Position numbers and translations under genes: made by a program. 64,000 nucleotides of DNA from Callorhinchus milii (lineage: Eukaryota), in NCBI RefSeq assembly GCF_018977255.1, contig NW_024704742.1, forward strand, positions 84,632,001-84,696,000, in the 5' to 3' direction. The notes beneath the pieces were generated by a model, which saw only the letters and a program-made list of their open reading frames with translations, searched no databases and was not told the DNA's origin. Positions 35,501 to 47,231 of this stretch are shown one piece after another. Position 1 is the stretch's first letter. Each line of letters starts with the position of its first letter.

Positions 35501-38500
35501 GAGTGACCGCGTAGATGTGGAGGGAGAGGTTGAGGGAGGAGAGGTGGGAGGAGAAGTCAGCAGAAGTAGAGCAGGAGGGGTGAACTGAAGGTTGAAGTCA
35601 CCTTGGATAAGGAGGCATTTGGAGCAGAGGGAGAGGGAAGATAGGAGGATGGAGATGTCGGGGAGGAATGTATGGGAGGGGCAGGGGGGGCGATCGATAA
35701 GGAGAATTTTGAGGGAAAGTTTGGAGGGGTGGTAAAGGGTAAGGTGCTCAAAGGAGGGGAACGTTACGGAGGAGTAAGAGGATAGGACTGAGCGGGGACT
35801 GGGAGATGAGAGCCACACTGCAATACACGTTGATTGGCATAAAGAGAGATAAGCAACTGCTGCTCAAGGTCTGCACCTCTAAATGGTGGAATCATTGCTC
35901 AATGGTAAAGGATGTGTGTCTGAGCTGTGGGCATGAAGGTGGTAGCAATGCTCTCATACATTTCACATTGAGCTATTGCTGCTCACCAAGAAGCTTGCAG
36001 GGAATTCCTGGCACCGTTGATGACAACCCTGCCAGCCAGGCTCATCAGCAGGAATTGGAGGGGGAAGAGGCGCAGGGACTCGTCCCACTCAGTTTCTGTT
36101 AGCCCTGCTAACCAAATCTCCAATGAGTAGGATGGTCTTGGCTGGACAAGCCATGGGAAGCTTGCCAGATAGTAATTAATGGCAAATTATACAGTTTAAT
36201 CTGGTTAAACTCCAATGGTATCCAAAGCACACTCTGGGGCCCCTAGCCTTGGAATTTAAACGGTTAAACCTTTAAGTACTTTTTGTCCTGTGCCCATTGG
36301 AAAATAACAAATTCATTATCTTTTGGTGATTGTCATCCACATCTTTTCGAGGTGGTGAGAAATGTTATTGGAGAAATGTTTACTCATAGGCATCCAGGTA
36401 AATTATTTCAAATGGGTCATTTGAGTCCGAGCCTGAACTTAGTAATTAAAATAATAATTTGCATTTGTATTGCATTTATATCGCATCTTTCACATCAAGT
36501 AAGGCCTCAAAGCACTTTACAAAATATAAATGATTAGAAATTAAGTGACGATTGCTAAATTAAGTGCTGAGATTGGCTAACGCAAGTGACTCAAACCTGT
36601 CACCTACGGTCAGCTTGGTCTAGTGCTGCCTCATGCCTTTATCAGCTAGGCCATTGGTGGCCAACCTGTGGCTCGGGGGTCAGAAGTGGCCCACAGCACC
36701 TCAAGAAGCTCTTCCCCTCTCCCGAACATTCGCACAAGTTCAATCGGTGTGTTTTCAGTTTTCTCTAGATCAAATATTTCTTGATTTATGACATAATCAT
36801 TCAAGAAAATTAATTTTGTTGGGTGACCATAAAGGTTAGACCATCGTGAGAATTAGTGCTGTGTTTAATAGTGCTTACTCGAGAGTTTAACTTGTGCAGT
36901 ACTCCGGTTTCAGTGAGCGGAAGATGTCAGAGAGTAAAATCTGTGTTGTTTTCTCTGTGTGATGACCAGGGGGTGCTCATGAAGGATTGCAGCACTTGGG
37001 CCCCTATGGTAACATCCCCAACATTGTGGCCGAACTGACCGGGGATAACATACCAAAACATTTCAAAGAAGATCAAGGATATCCAGACCCACCCAACCCC
37101 TGCCCTTTGGGGCGAAAAGGTAATTCATGCAGTTCAGGAGAAGCTCTTTCAAAATGTGTTAACAATTTTTTTTAACAGTTCTCAGAGCTCATCCAATGCT
37201 GTTTGGAACTTAATATTTCATTGCTGCTTATTGCTCATCAAACATTGCAAACATTGTAAATAGTTACTGCCATGAGAGAATTTGCTTTTGGATTAAATTA
37301 AATTCCCTACCTGTTGGTTGATATTTGTGATTTAGTAGTCATACATTGAAGATGGAGAACTGTTTGTACCCTTTTGAATAATGTCTATATCCCATTTGTG
37401 TAAGATATCAAGTTGTGCTTCTGCTCCAGGATTGCTTCTCCAGTCTCATAGGCTTTACCTCAAAGTTCACGTTAAGTCAATATTAATAGACTCACTCGTC
37501 TGTAACAACACAGCAGCATTGAGGCTTCCTTCCACTTTATTTGTAGATTCTGCTATTAATAATAATAATCCTTGCATTGGATGTCTTACCATGTTATCAA
37601 AATGTCTCAAAGTAGAGTGGAGTGACTGCACTCGTGCCACTTCATGGCTGTTTGTGGGACAGAGTTGTGCGCAATTGGCTGCTGTGTTTCGCCCACAAAG
37701 GTTCACAGTCACTACACTTTACAGTATATTCCATGAAGCGCTGTGAGACATCTCAATGATATGATAAGGCGCTATATCAAATGCAAGGATCATTATCATT
37801 ATTATTATTATTATGCTGTGTGTAAATTGGCTGCCGTGTTGAACCTAGAAAGCACAGGTAAATTTTGTGAAGCACTTTGAGACACTTTGAGACACTTTGA
37901 GACACCATGACAACGTGATAAATGCAAGGAATATTATTATATTGTTATAAGTGGGTTTTCAGGTTGCAGTGCACAAACTGAAAAGCTGCAAAACCAGCTT
38001 GCTCCGGGATACAGTCGTTTCCCTGGATCTAATAGCAGTCTAAGCATTAATTCTCTCCATCCCAAAATAACTTTAAAAAACTTGTCCCCTCTAGGTACAA
38101 GAGTGAAACAGATCCATGCTCTCCCAGTAGTTGGTGTGGAGTTTCTGTCTGTCCAAGCAGCAGACAAAGAATTTGGAAAACCTTTTATTCCTTTTTCCAA
38201 GCTTGCTCTGAGCCACTGAGCTGAACTTCCCAGTCTTTCACCAGGAGGGAAATAAATATTCCAAAATGCTCAGACCACTTACAATGTACAAGAACAACAA
38301 AGTTGCACTTATGCAGCACTTTTCGCGTGGAATGAATGAGCCACTCAAAACATACCCTCCAGTAAATAAATATTAAACATTTAAATAAATTAAATAAATT
38401 GGTCACTTCAGTCCACGACTGTCTGTGGGACACTGCTGTATGAAATTGGCTGCTACATTTCCCCCACAAAATATACAAACAATTCAATTTACAGTATATT

Positions 38501-41500
38501 CTGTGAAGGGCTTTGAGACGTTTCAACAACGTGATAAGGTGCTGTATCAAATATAAGGATTATTATCATGAATGTCATAGAATTATCACTTCTAGCAAGC
38601 CCTCAATATGTGGTAGACTAAGTGGGTTGGGTTCATATTTACAAGCTCTCAGAAGGTGGTTGTGTGATTGCTTTCAGCCATTGATGGATGCCTGGAGCTT
38701 ACTCCTGACACAGCAGAATTCAGCCGAGAATATCAGCTTCATCAGCATCTCTTTGACCCAGAACACGACTATCCAGCCATGGGGAAATGGGTAAGTGCTG
38801 ACATTGATTCTTTCTGCTTCCTAATTCTCACATTATTGGGCTCCGAAGTGCAGGTTGTTACCATGAGTGAAAAGGATTACAGTGGCAATGCCGAGTCATC
38901 TACAGGGCGTCTGTTTGCAATTGGTTGTTAGTTGATTGGCGGATCACTTTCCTGGGATAAGAAAAAAAAGGGGTCACTCACTCCGTAACTGTTTGTGGGA
39001 CACTGCTGTGCGCAACTGGCTGCCGCATTTCAACAACAACAACAAAATGACATTTGTATAGCGCCTTTCGTGTCAAGAGGAAGACCTAATGCCCACAAAA
39101 TACACAATCAATCCACTTTACACTATAAAGTTATTATTTACTACTAGTTAAATAGTAAATAATATTAAAGTAACTCTTAGTATTATATTAATAATTATTA
39201 ATAATGATCTATTATTACTATATATTAAAATATTACTATATATTAAATTGCTATTATATAATTACTAAATTATAGAATCAAAGTTACTAAAGTTACTATT
39301 AGTCCAACACGCATTTTAGACCCTAACAAGCATAAGAAAGACTTGTCCAGTAGATCTGGTTCAGACATTTAATTACAATAATGTGACTGTTGGGTCTACT
39401 AATTCTATGTAAATCTGTACAGCAGATTCCACTTTTATTTATAATAAACCAATAAAAAATTGAAATCCGAAGCTACTTACTGTTAGTCATCAGCTAACTG
39501 CCTTCCCTATGGTTACCTCAGTACTTATGCTGTTTATTCTCGCTAACTGAACAGATGTTCTTGTTCCAGTTCAAATTACCCTGCACTTACTGCCAACATG
39601 GGTTGCGTAACGAATGTTAGTCTAACAATCCACCCACTTGATAAGACATCAAGAGCGACAGCAGCCCAAAGCATTTCCAGCTCAGGAAGGCTTTCATTGC
39701 AAGTCAAGGTGGTGGAGTCTTGTAGCTCAGTGGTTAGAGCACTCGCTTTGCAAGCGAGAGACCTGAGTTCAATTCCAGGCCGGACGAAACCTTGGGCAAG
39801 TTTCCTTACTCCATACACCTAATAATAATCCCTCCAAAACAAAAAAGAATAATAAATTGGTCATTTCCAATCCACGACTGTCTGTGGGACACTGCTGTGC
39901 GCAATTGGCTGCCGCGTTCGCCCACAAATATACAGTCAATTCACTTTATAGTATATTCTGTGAAGTGCTTTGGGACGTCTAGAAGACGTGAAAAGCGCTA
40001 TATGAAATGCAAGGATTATTATTAGTATTATAAGGTAGACAAGGAATGGGCTAATACACTGCTCTAAATTCTATGAGAATGCCAGATACACTCACTGACC
40101 AGAAATTGATTGTAAGATTATTATTAATAATCACTCACCTTGCTTTTATCTGCCTGTTCAGGTGGAAGTTAAAGATCCTGTGGCAATGTTCGAAGAGAAC
40201 GGAGTTTCTCCTGGTGTCTTGGCCAACAATCCCCCAAAATAAAATTGGTCACTCACTCCATGGCTGTTTGTGGGACATTGCTGTGCGCAAACTGGTTGCC
40301 ATGTTTCGCCAATAAAATACATTTAATCCACTTTACAGTATATCCTGCGAAGCACTTAGGGTGTGTTAAGGCACTATATTATTATTATTATAATATCAAA
40401 TGCAAGGAATAGTATTAGTATTATTATCCAACGTTTTAATGAATAGATTCACATTCTATGTTTTAACTATTTCCAGAAACCTTTTATTTCTGTGTCTTTC
40501 TATTCAGTTTCTCTCTAATAATCCATCAAGTTACCATACAATGAGGTGCTATAAGCATTGGTTCCTCAGCAACCGTTAACACTTGAACATCTGCTGCATA
40601 AATAAATAACCTGGTTTAGAGACAGTGCTGTTTATAGAACATATTGTATTGTCTTCCTTGTGTTACCTTAGTAGTTGAGCTCTTTTATCTATTTTACCAC
40701 GAGTTTGTGAAGATGTGGAATACTCCACCTAACAAAGCTGTACACACTGAAACAATAGGGATATTTAAAAGAGAAATGGATCTGCAGCTCTGACATGCAC
40801 TTTCCCGACCTTCAGAAATCTCAAATAGCCGTTGTGTGACTGACTGACTGACTGACTGACTGACTGACTGACTGACTGACTGACTGACTGACTGACTGAC
40901 TGACTGACTCACTCACTCACTCACTCACTCACTCACTCACTCACTCACTAACTAACTCAAACAAACAAACAAACAAACAAACAAACAAACAAACAAACAA
41001 TCCTTGCATGTGATATAGTGCATTATCACGTCTTCGAGATGTTTCAAAGCGCTTCACAGAATATACTGTGCTTTGTGGGCGAAACGCAGCAGCCAATTGC
41101 GCACAGCAGTATCCCACAAACAAAGTGAATCGAAGTGACCAATCTATTTTGTTTTTTTTTGAAGGAATTATTACCTCCAGAAATGCGATCCGCCAATCGA
41201 CTAACAACCGGGTTCCAACTTACTGCTAGGTAAACAGAGGCGCGTGGAGTAAGGAATCTTGCCCAACATTTTGCTCTGCCAGGAATCAAACCCAGGTCTC
41301 TCGCTTGAGACGAGTGCTCTGAGTTACAGGACTCCGCTTGAGACTGACACTGAGAGCAGTGATGGGCTAACCTATAGCATTAACTCAGTTCTGATTGCTC
41401 TTTTACAGCACTAAGTGCTGAACTCCCATGAGAGTTTTGCTCTCAGACATAATTCAAGTGCTTATGACCTCACATGTATTCTCTTTAGCTTCAACTATCA

Positions 41501-43372
41501 TCACTGAACCCTACGCTTACTATTGATATTGTGTGAATATCACAAACTACATGGCTGTCAATATTGACAAACAGAATTCACAAACAATTGCTCCATTGAA
41601 TCTGCTTTACAAATGTCGCAAAGAATGACCTCTATTGTTGAAGTAACACAGAACAGGATTCTGGGAGAGGTTATGTATCTGCACATATCTCCTATCTGCA
41701 CTATACAAATTAAATGTGTTGTTGTTGTATCATGTGCTAAAAAGATGTGCTAAAATTGTATCTTTATTCCTATACAGAACAAGAATGTGATTTATGGAAA
41801 CATAAAGGGCGGCCCAAGAAAGCGAAGGGTAAATTTAGTTTTCTATGAGTGACATATGTATAATTTATTTATATGAATACATATTCTATTCATTCACTCA
41901 AATATAGAGGGTTATAGCTGATGGGAATACAAGGGGTGGGCACATGTGGAATATAAACACCGGCACAGATCTAATTACCTGTTTCTAATTACCTGTTACC
42001 TTGGCCAAATGACCTGTTTCTATGACGAATCACGCTATGATTCCTCAAATTACTCCAAAATAGATATTTTTAAAATTAGTTTGAAGATCATCTATTGAAC
42101 ATAGAATAAAATGGGGGAATGGGGAATGGAGTGACTGAATATCCTGGCCAATTTAGCCTGTCAGCTAAAGACGAACGAGTGGATCAGGAATATCTAAACT
42201 GAGTAAGGAGGAAATAAAACACTGATCACCTTTACAGCATATCTGCTGCAACTATGATACAAAATATTTACTTTGGCTTGAAATAAGCTATGTAATCAGG
42301 CCCTTATCAACACAAAGCATTGGTACACATCCCGTTTAAGCAGAAATGCTCTACCTGTTAAGACTTTGGCAGCAGCTTCCATGGGGCCTCTTTTAAACCA
42401 GGAATGGTGCACTTCAGCTTGGCTCAGTGGTAGCACACTCGCCTCTGAGTCTGAAAGTTGTGGGTTCAGCCTCACGTCAGGACTTGGAATCACAGTCTAA
42501 ACTGACACTCCAATGCTGTGCTGGGGGCGTGTTTCATTGTCAAAGGTGTCGTCCTTTGGATGAGATGTTAAACCGAGGTTCCCTGTTCAGGTGCATGTTA
42601 AAGAGCTCATGGCACTATTCAAAAAGAGAAGGGAGTTTCTCCCAGTTTCCTGGCCAACAAATCCCCAAAATAAAAAATTGGTCACTCATTTCATGGCTAT
42701 TTGTGGGACATTGCTGTACGCAAACTGACTGCCACATTTCACCCACAAAGTACAGTCAAAGCCACTTTACAGAACTGTGAAGCGCTTTGAGGCATCTCGA
42801 TCACATGATAAGTGCTATATCAAATACAAGGGATAACTTCCTCAACAGAGTTGAGGAAACATTTCTACACTCAGAGAGTAGTGAATTTATGGAATTCACT
42901 ACCCCAGAAGGCTGTGGATGCTCAGTCCTTGAACATTTTCAAGGCTGAGACTGATAGATTTTTAAAAAATAGAGGGATTAAGGGACATGGGGATATGGGG
43001 ATAGGGCAGGTAACTAGAGTTAGGTCTGAAGATCAGCCATGATCTTATCAAATGGCGGGGCAGGCTCGAGGGGCCGAATGGCCTACTCCTGCTCCTAATT
43101 CTTATATTCTTATGTTCTTCTTATTATAGGAGAATTGAAGAAGAGAAACAATCAATACCTTCAAAATAAACAAAATATGCCACTGGTTTTAATATTTGAA
43201 AAAAGTATTGATTGGATACTGTGAGGAATACTATTGGAATGTAGTGGACTGAAGGAATCCTTTTGTTTTTCAGAGTGCGAATCCATACCTGCGAGGACAA
43301 CGGCTGGACAATGTTGTTGCCAAGAAATCAGTTCCTCATTTCTCTGAAGAGGACAAAAATATCAAGGAATAG
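32338..43372 (+). CDS. SCG5: Neuroendocrine protein 7B2 (secretogranin V), PC2 chaperone/inhibitor; complete, 208 aa in 5 coding exons
   Basis: Spliced product: [22 protein letters not shown] (signal peptide)[186 protein letters not shown]. Contains the hallmark PPNPCP, basic cleavage site and VVAKKSVP. Confidence 0.97.
33190..35815 (-). mobile_element. Long rearranged L2 LINE (APE endonuclease + RT remnants) in SCG5 intron
   Basis: Endonuclease motifs (SFEHL, IDRPP, IQGDFN, SDHHLI); [18 protein letters not shown] and MYADDTQLY (twice); [11 protein letters not shown]; 3' tail; many frameshifts. Confidence 0.92.
36970..37119 (+). CDS. SCG5: SCG5 coding exon 2
   Basis: cag|GG...AAAG|gtaatt; [49 protein letters not shown]. 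Confidence 0.95.
38678..38790 (+). CDS. SCG5: SCG5 coding exon 3
   Basis: cag|CC...TGG|gtaagt; [37 protein letters not shown]. Confidence 0.95.
39120..39300. repeat. AT-rich low-complexity tract
   Basis: Degenerate TTA/TAT/TTACTA repeats. Confidence 0.75.
39712..40024 (+). mobile_element. tRNA-derived SINE (short subfamily), full length
   Basis: gtggagtcttgtagctcagtggttagagcactcgctttgcaagcgagagacctgagttcaattcc head with A/B boxes; conserved body; L2-like tail. Confidence 0.9.
40837..41000. repeat. Compound tetranucleotide microsatellite (TGAC)18(TCAC)10(TAAC)2 TCAA (ACAA)10
   Basis: Read directly; abuts the 3' tail of the SINE at 41001-41337(-). Confidence 0.95.
41001..41337 (-). mobile_element. 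tRNA-derived SINE (long subfamily)
   Basis: Same organisation as 54001-54364. Confidence 0.88.
41778..41828 (+). CDS. SCG5: SCG5 coding exon 4
   Basis: cag|AAC...AGG|gtaaat; [17 protein letters not shown]. Confidence 0.92.
42419..42832 (+). mobile_element. Deu-domain tRNA-SINE (SacSINE/AmnSINE-like), near full length
   Basis: tggctcagtggtagcacactcgcctctgagtctgaaagttgtgggttc head; ggtgtcgtcctttggatgagatgttaaaccgagg; atggcactattc...cctggccaac; tttgtgggacattgctgtacgcaaact; L2-like tail. Confidence 0.8.
42848..43118 (+). mobile_element. CR1 LINE 3' end
   Basis: [24 protein letters not shown] peptide; ggccgaatggcctactcctgctcctaattcttat tail. Confidence 0.85.
43274..43372 (+). CDS. SCG5: SCG5 last coding exon (CT peptide)
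   Basis: cag|AGT...[35 protein letters not shown]. Confidence 0.95.
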   Translation, partial: SANPYLRGQRLDNVVAKKSVPHFSEEDKNIKE

Positions 43373-43673
43373 AGCTCTGCCTATCCAGCCTAAAACACAC
43401 CCACATTTGTTTCCATGGCTTTCATCCGACTCAGTCTTACACTGAAGTCCACAAACAAGTGGTATCTACAGTTTTAAAATATTATGGTAGAAATAAGCTT
43501 TTGAGTTATGTTACCGTTGCAGAGAAAGTGTTTCAGGTTTATATGAGAAATGTTGTGAGAGAGTGCCTTTATCTGTGGTCATTTAAATCAAGCAAGCCTC
43601 TGTAACTTGAACTGTAATACGGTTCATTTAAAATCATTATCTTTTTTGTTCTTTAATGATCCATTTGAGAATT

Positions 43674-43679
43674 AATAAA
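43674..43679 (+). terminator. Probable SCG5 polyadenylation signal
   Basis: First AATAAA ~300 nt after the stop codon. Confidence 0.6.
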
Positions 43680-45664
43680 GTATTTAATGGCTCCGAGTTG
43701 ACCTTTAAACACTGCTACCTCAGTTTGCACTCCCATCAGTTGCTGAGCACCGACAATCAGGATGGAGCCAACAGAAGATCGATTAGAACGTGGAATGCCT
43801 CACCACAAGTCACAACCCTTGCATTTGATACAGCACCTTATCATATCGTCGATATATCTCAAAATGCTTCAGAGTAGATGGCAGTTGTTGCTGAGTCTGT
43901 AACACCGTTTAAAAGGATTTGGCTAATTGCCTGAGGTGAGATAATGAGGGGCACAGGGAAATTGGATTAGATAGCTGCAGTGGGGGAAGTTCGCACCGGC
44001 ATAGACACAATGGGTTAACTGGCTTCCAATGGTGCTGCAAATCATCAAGCAAACATTGAGCTGCAGGAGTTCAACACGTGAGACGGAGATTCTGGATAGG
44101 CTCTATTTGCTGACAACCAACAACTCCCCTAGGATGGATGAACCGTACCCCGGGGTATTTAGGGAGACAAAGCAGAAGATTTTTGTAGCACTGACAGACA
44201 TCACAAGGGAGTCAGTCGGGACTTAGGAGGTTCCAGTTGTCTGGAAGCAAGCAGATGTTGTTGCCATATTCAAGAAAGGTGACAAAACTGACTCTCCTGA
44301 GTTCAGCTCTGAATCTCAGCCAGTCTGTTCATTTGTCTGCACCTGTCAGAGCTCAGTGCCACAGGAAGAGGCTAAAACGTTGCATATTGTTCCCAGAATG
44401 TAAAATCCTCCGAAAATTACATTGCAAAAAGGAGCTGCTCAGTCCATATACATATACGTGGCACGGGTTTTACTTTGAAAAGTAGTAGTATTTAACAGTA
44501 TTGTTAAATAGTGCAACCAGGAAATGGAAGCTGGCACATCAATTAAAAGTCTTTCCATCATTTATTATTGAAACATTGAACTTAGATATGTAAACAGGAC
44601 AAGAAAGAAGAAAACAAAGGCGCAGAGATCCCATCAAATCTGCTCCCGGGAGAACTCCCACCATTGCAGCTCCCACACAATGATAATCCACTCCACTTTG
44701 GCTTTCACGTGAGGGAGAAGCAAATGGAAGGATATAGCCAAGAGTAAGGAGTGAGTAGAAATTCATGTGGGGTACTGGCTTAAACTGGTTGGGCTGAATG
44801 GCCTGTTTCAATGCTGTACATTCTATGTATTTTTTTGCAAACTTTCCTCACAATATTCCACTCCACCTTCTACATAATATTCAACTGCAAGTCTCCTTGA
44901 TCACAATTCCAGAGAAAAAGAGAAAACAAAAAAAATGCAAGGCAATTTCGGATGGAAAAACTTATTCCAAATGTTTTGCTTATTACCAGACAGTCAAGCA
45001 ACCTCTGACCATATCCTTTTTCCTTTTATACGTTATATGAAAAAACTAAACATTTCGGTGGCGCTGGCCGAGTGGGTTAAAGTGAATCTCTGATACCTCG
45101 TTGGACCTGACAGACTGGATGGAAATCGTTTCCACCATCTGCCATGAAGGCTCCACATGAACTGAGTTTGGTCAGTCACAGGGTATCTCCCAATCAGCGG
45201 GAGCTCAATGCGCAAAGCAAATTATGGTAAATTGAAAACCCCTAGGGATTTTTGCAAATTAATTTGTAAATAATCCTGAAGGGACACAGGATTGTTTCTG
45301 ATCAGCTGTGATCCAAACTGTCAGGAAGTAAACTTTGCCAGCTTTACAGAACTTAAAACAAGAGATCTGCTTCTGAGCAGATCCAGTGGCTTTGGTCTAA
45401 GACACCCCAAGGTACCTGCAAGATTCACATTTTGTGATTGTCACATTTTAGGCCCCACTCTCTCCAACACCTGTAGCATGCATTAAACAGGTTACATTTA
45501 AATTGCACTCTGTAGCTTGAATTGCACTCTAGAGCAATACGATTGACATTACAGCTGGAATACAATACACCAGTTGTTGATTTGTATTGTGTGATTTGTG
45601 GTGAACACCAATCTTTGCTTAGACACCACCCTTTTGGATCGCACTGAAAGGGCAAGCTTGTCAT

Positions 45665-46026
45665 TATAACAATAATCCTTGATATAGCACTTCTCACATA
45701 GTCTCAACGTATTAAAGCCCTTCGCAGAATATATTGTAAAATGAATTGACTGCATATTTGTGGGCGAAACATGGCAGCCAATTGCATACAGCAGTGTCCC
45801 ACAAAAAGTCGTTGATTGAGTGACAAAATCTTTTTATATTTGAGGGATTATTATCCCCGGTAAAACAATCCGCCAATCGACTAACAGCCAGGTTTCTACA
45901 TACTGCTAGGTAAATAGAGGCATGTAGAGTAAGGAAACGTAACCAACATTTCGCCCGGCCAGGAATCAAACCCAGTTCTCTCGCTTGCGAGGCAAGTGCT
46001 CTAACCACTGAGCTACAGGACTCCAC
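45665..46026 (-). mobile_element. tRNA-derived SINE (long subfamily), full length
   Basis: Complete head to tail. Confidence 0.88.
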
Positions 46027-46869
46027 ATCCCATTTTAATCTCATCACGTCATCCTCACCTCATTACAGTAAGACTCCAAAGCAGGTTAATATTATTTCTT
46101 TGTTTAGAAGACATGTATATAAGACACGTCCAAATAGTTCTCCAGGCTCCTGGGCATGCAGCAGATGGGGGGCATGCAGCAGATGTTTCTTTGCCCTATT
46201 TGTGAAATCCAGGACCAAGGATTGAGGTGTACTTGTTATATAAAGGAGAAACGGTTGCAAGGAAGGGCGGGCTCTGGTTTACACTGACGTTGCTGCGCAC
46301 CCTGGAGGCAGAGACAGCTTCATGGTAATCACACTGATTTACACCAAAGCCCCTCATCAGAGAATCTGGTTTAAGTAGATGTCTGTCAAATAGCTGGTGA
46401 GGAAATGTCACCATTTTGGGATTACAGCTGCTGGGAGTTTAGGTTTGTGAATGCAGTTCATATACCCAGGGCTTGACGTTAATCCTGATTGGTTTGCAGA
46501 GGTCAGCAGCTGCTGCTCAAGCTCCACACTTCGAACTGGTGGAACCATCACTCAATGGGAAGGCATGTGTGTCTGAGCTGTGGGCAGGAAGATGGTGACA
46601 ATGCACTTGATTTTCATGCCGAGCCATGAGTTCTGGTGCCTGCCATTCACCTAGTGAGGGCTCAATCCACATTTCCTAGATATCAAATGACCAACTAGTA
46701 ACTACCCTCCTCTATGCTGTAATATTCTATATTATTTCTTTGTTTCATCACAAGATTTGTGAAATTGCAAGTCATTTATTTTTCACCTCTTCCACTGTAA
46801 TGATTAACTGTAAGCATCCTAGACAATGATTCTCGGGGAAACTATATATTTTTTACTGAGACAGGAAAG

Positions 46870-46875
46870 TTTATT
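46870..46875 (-). terminator. Probable SMC2 polyadenylation signal
   Basis: TTTATT on + = AATAAA on -, ~175 nt after the SMC2 stop. Confidence 0.6.
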
Positions 46876-47048
46876 TAAAAGATACAGAAAAAGTTGCATT
46901 CAAAGAGATTTAATAGAAATATACAACTTTAAAGTCAGTCAATTTAAAGAACAGGAAGATGAAAAGTGACAGGAGCTTTACTGCACAATATTACATACAA
47001 TATATACGGCAGTGTACACAGTTTATACAGCTATTGGGGTTTTTAATC

Positions 47049-47231
47049 CTACATTTTCAGTCTGTTCCTCTTGTCTTTTACTTTCGTCTTCTCTCGTTGG
47101 CCAGGTGGGTGATTGGGGGTGATCTGGTTCTGAGTAAATCTTCCCACAGTGGATACACCATCCACAAACTTGGTTTTGAACAGGACATTAGCATTGTTGA
47201 ACATTCCATCTTTCAATGACACCACGATGAA
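47049..47231 (-). CDS. SMC2: SMC2 last coding exon
   Basis: [34 protein letters not shown]...RLKM*. Confidence 0.94.
   Translation of the reverse strand, partial: FIVVSLKDGMFNNANVLFKTKFVDGVSTVGRFTQNQITPNHPPGQREKTKVKDKRNRLKM

Noticed and set aside
39712..39785. tRNA-Ala(TGC)-like sequence (also at 8120, 14392, 46026, 54001)
   Set aside because: These are SINE heads: there is no proper acceptor stem, and each continues into the same SINE body and L2-like tail.
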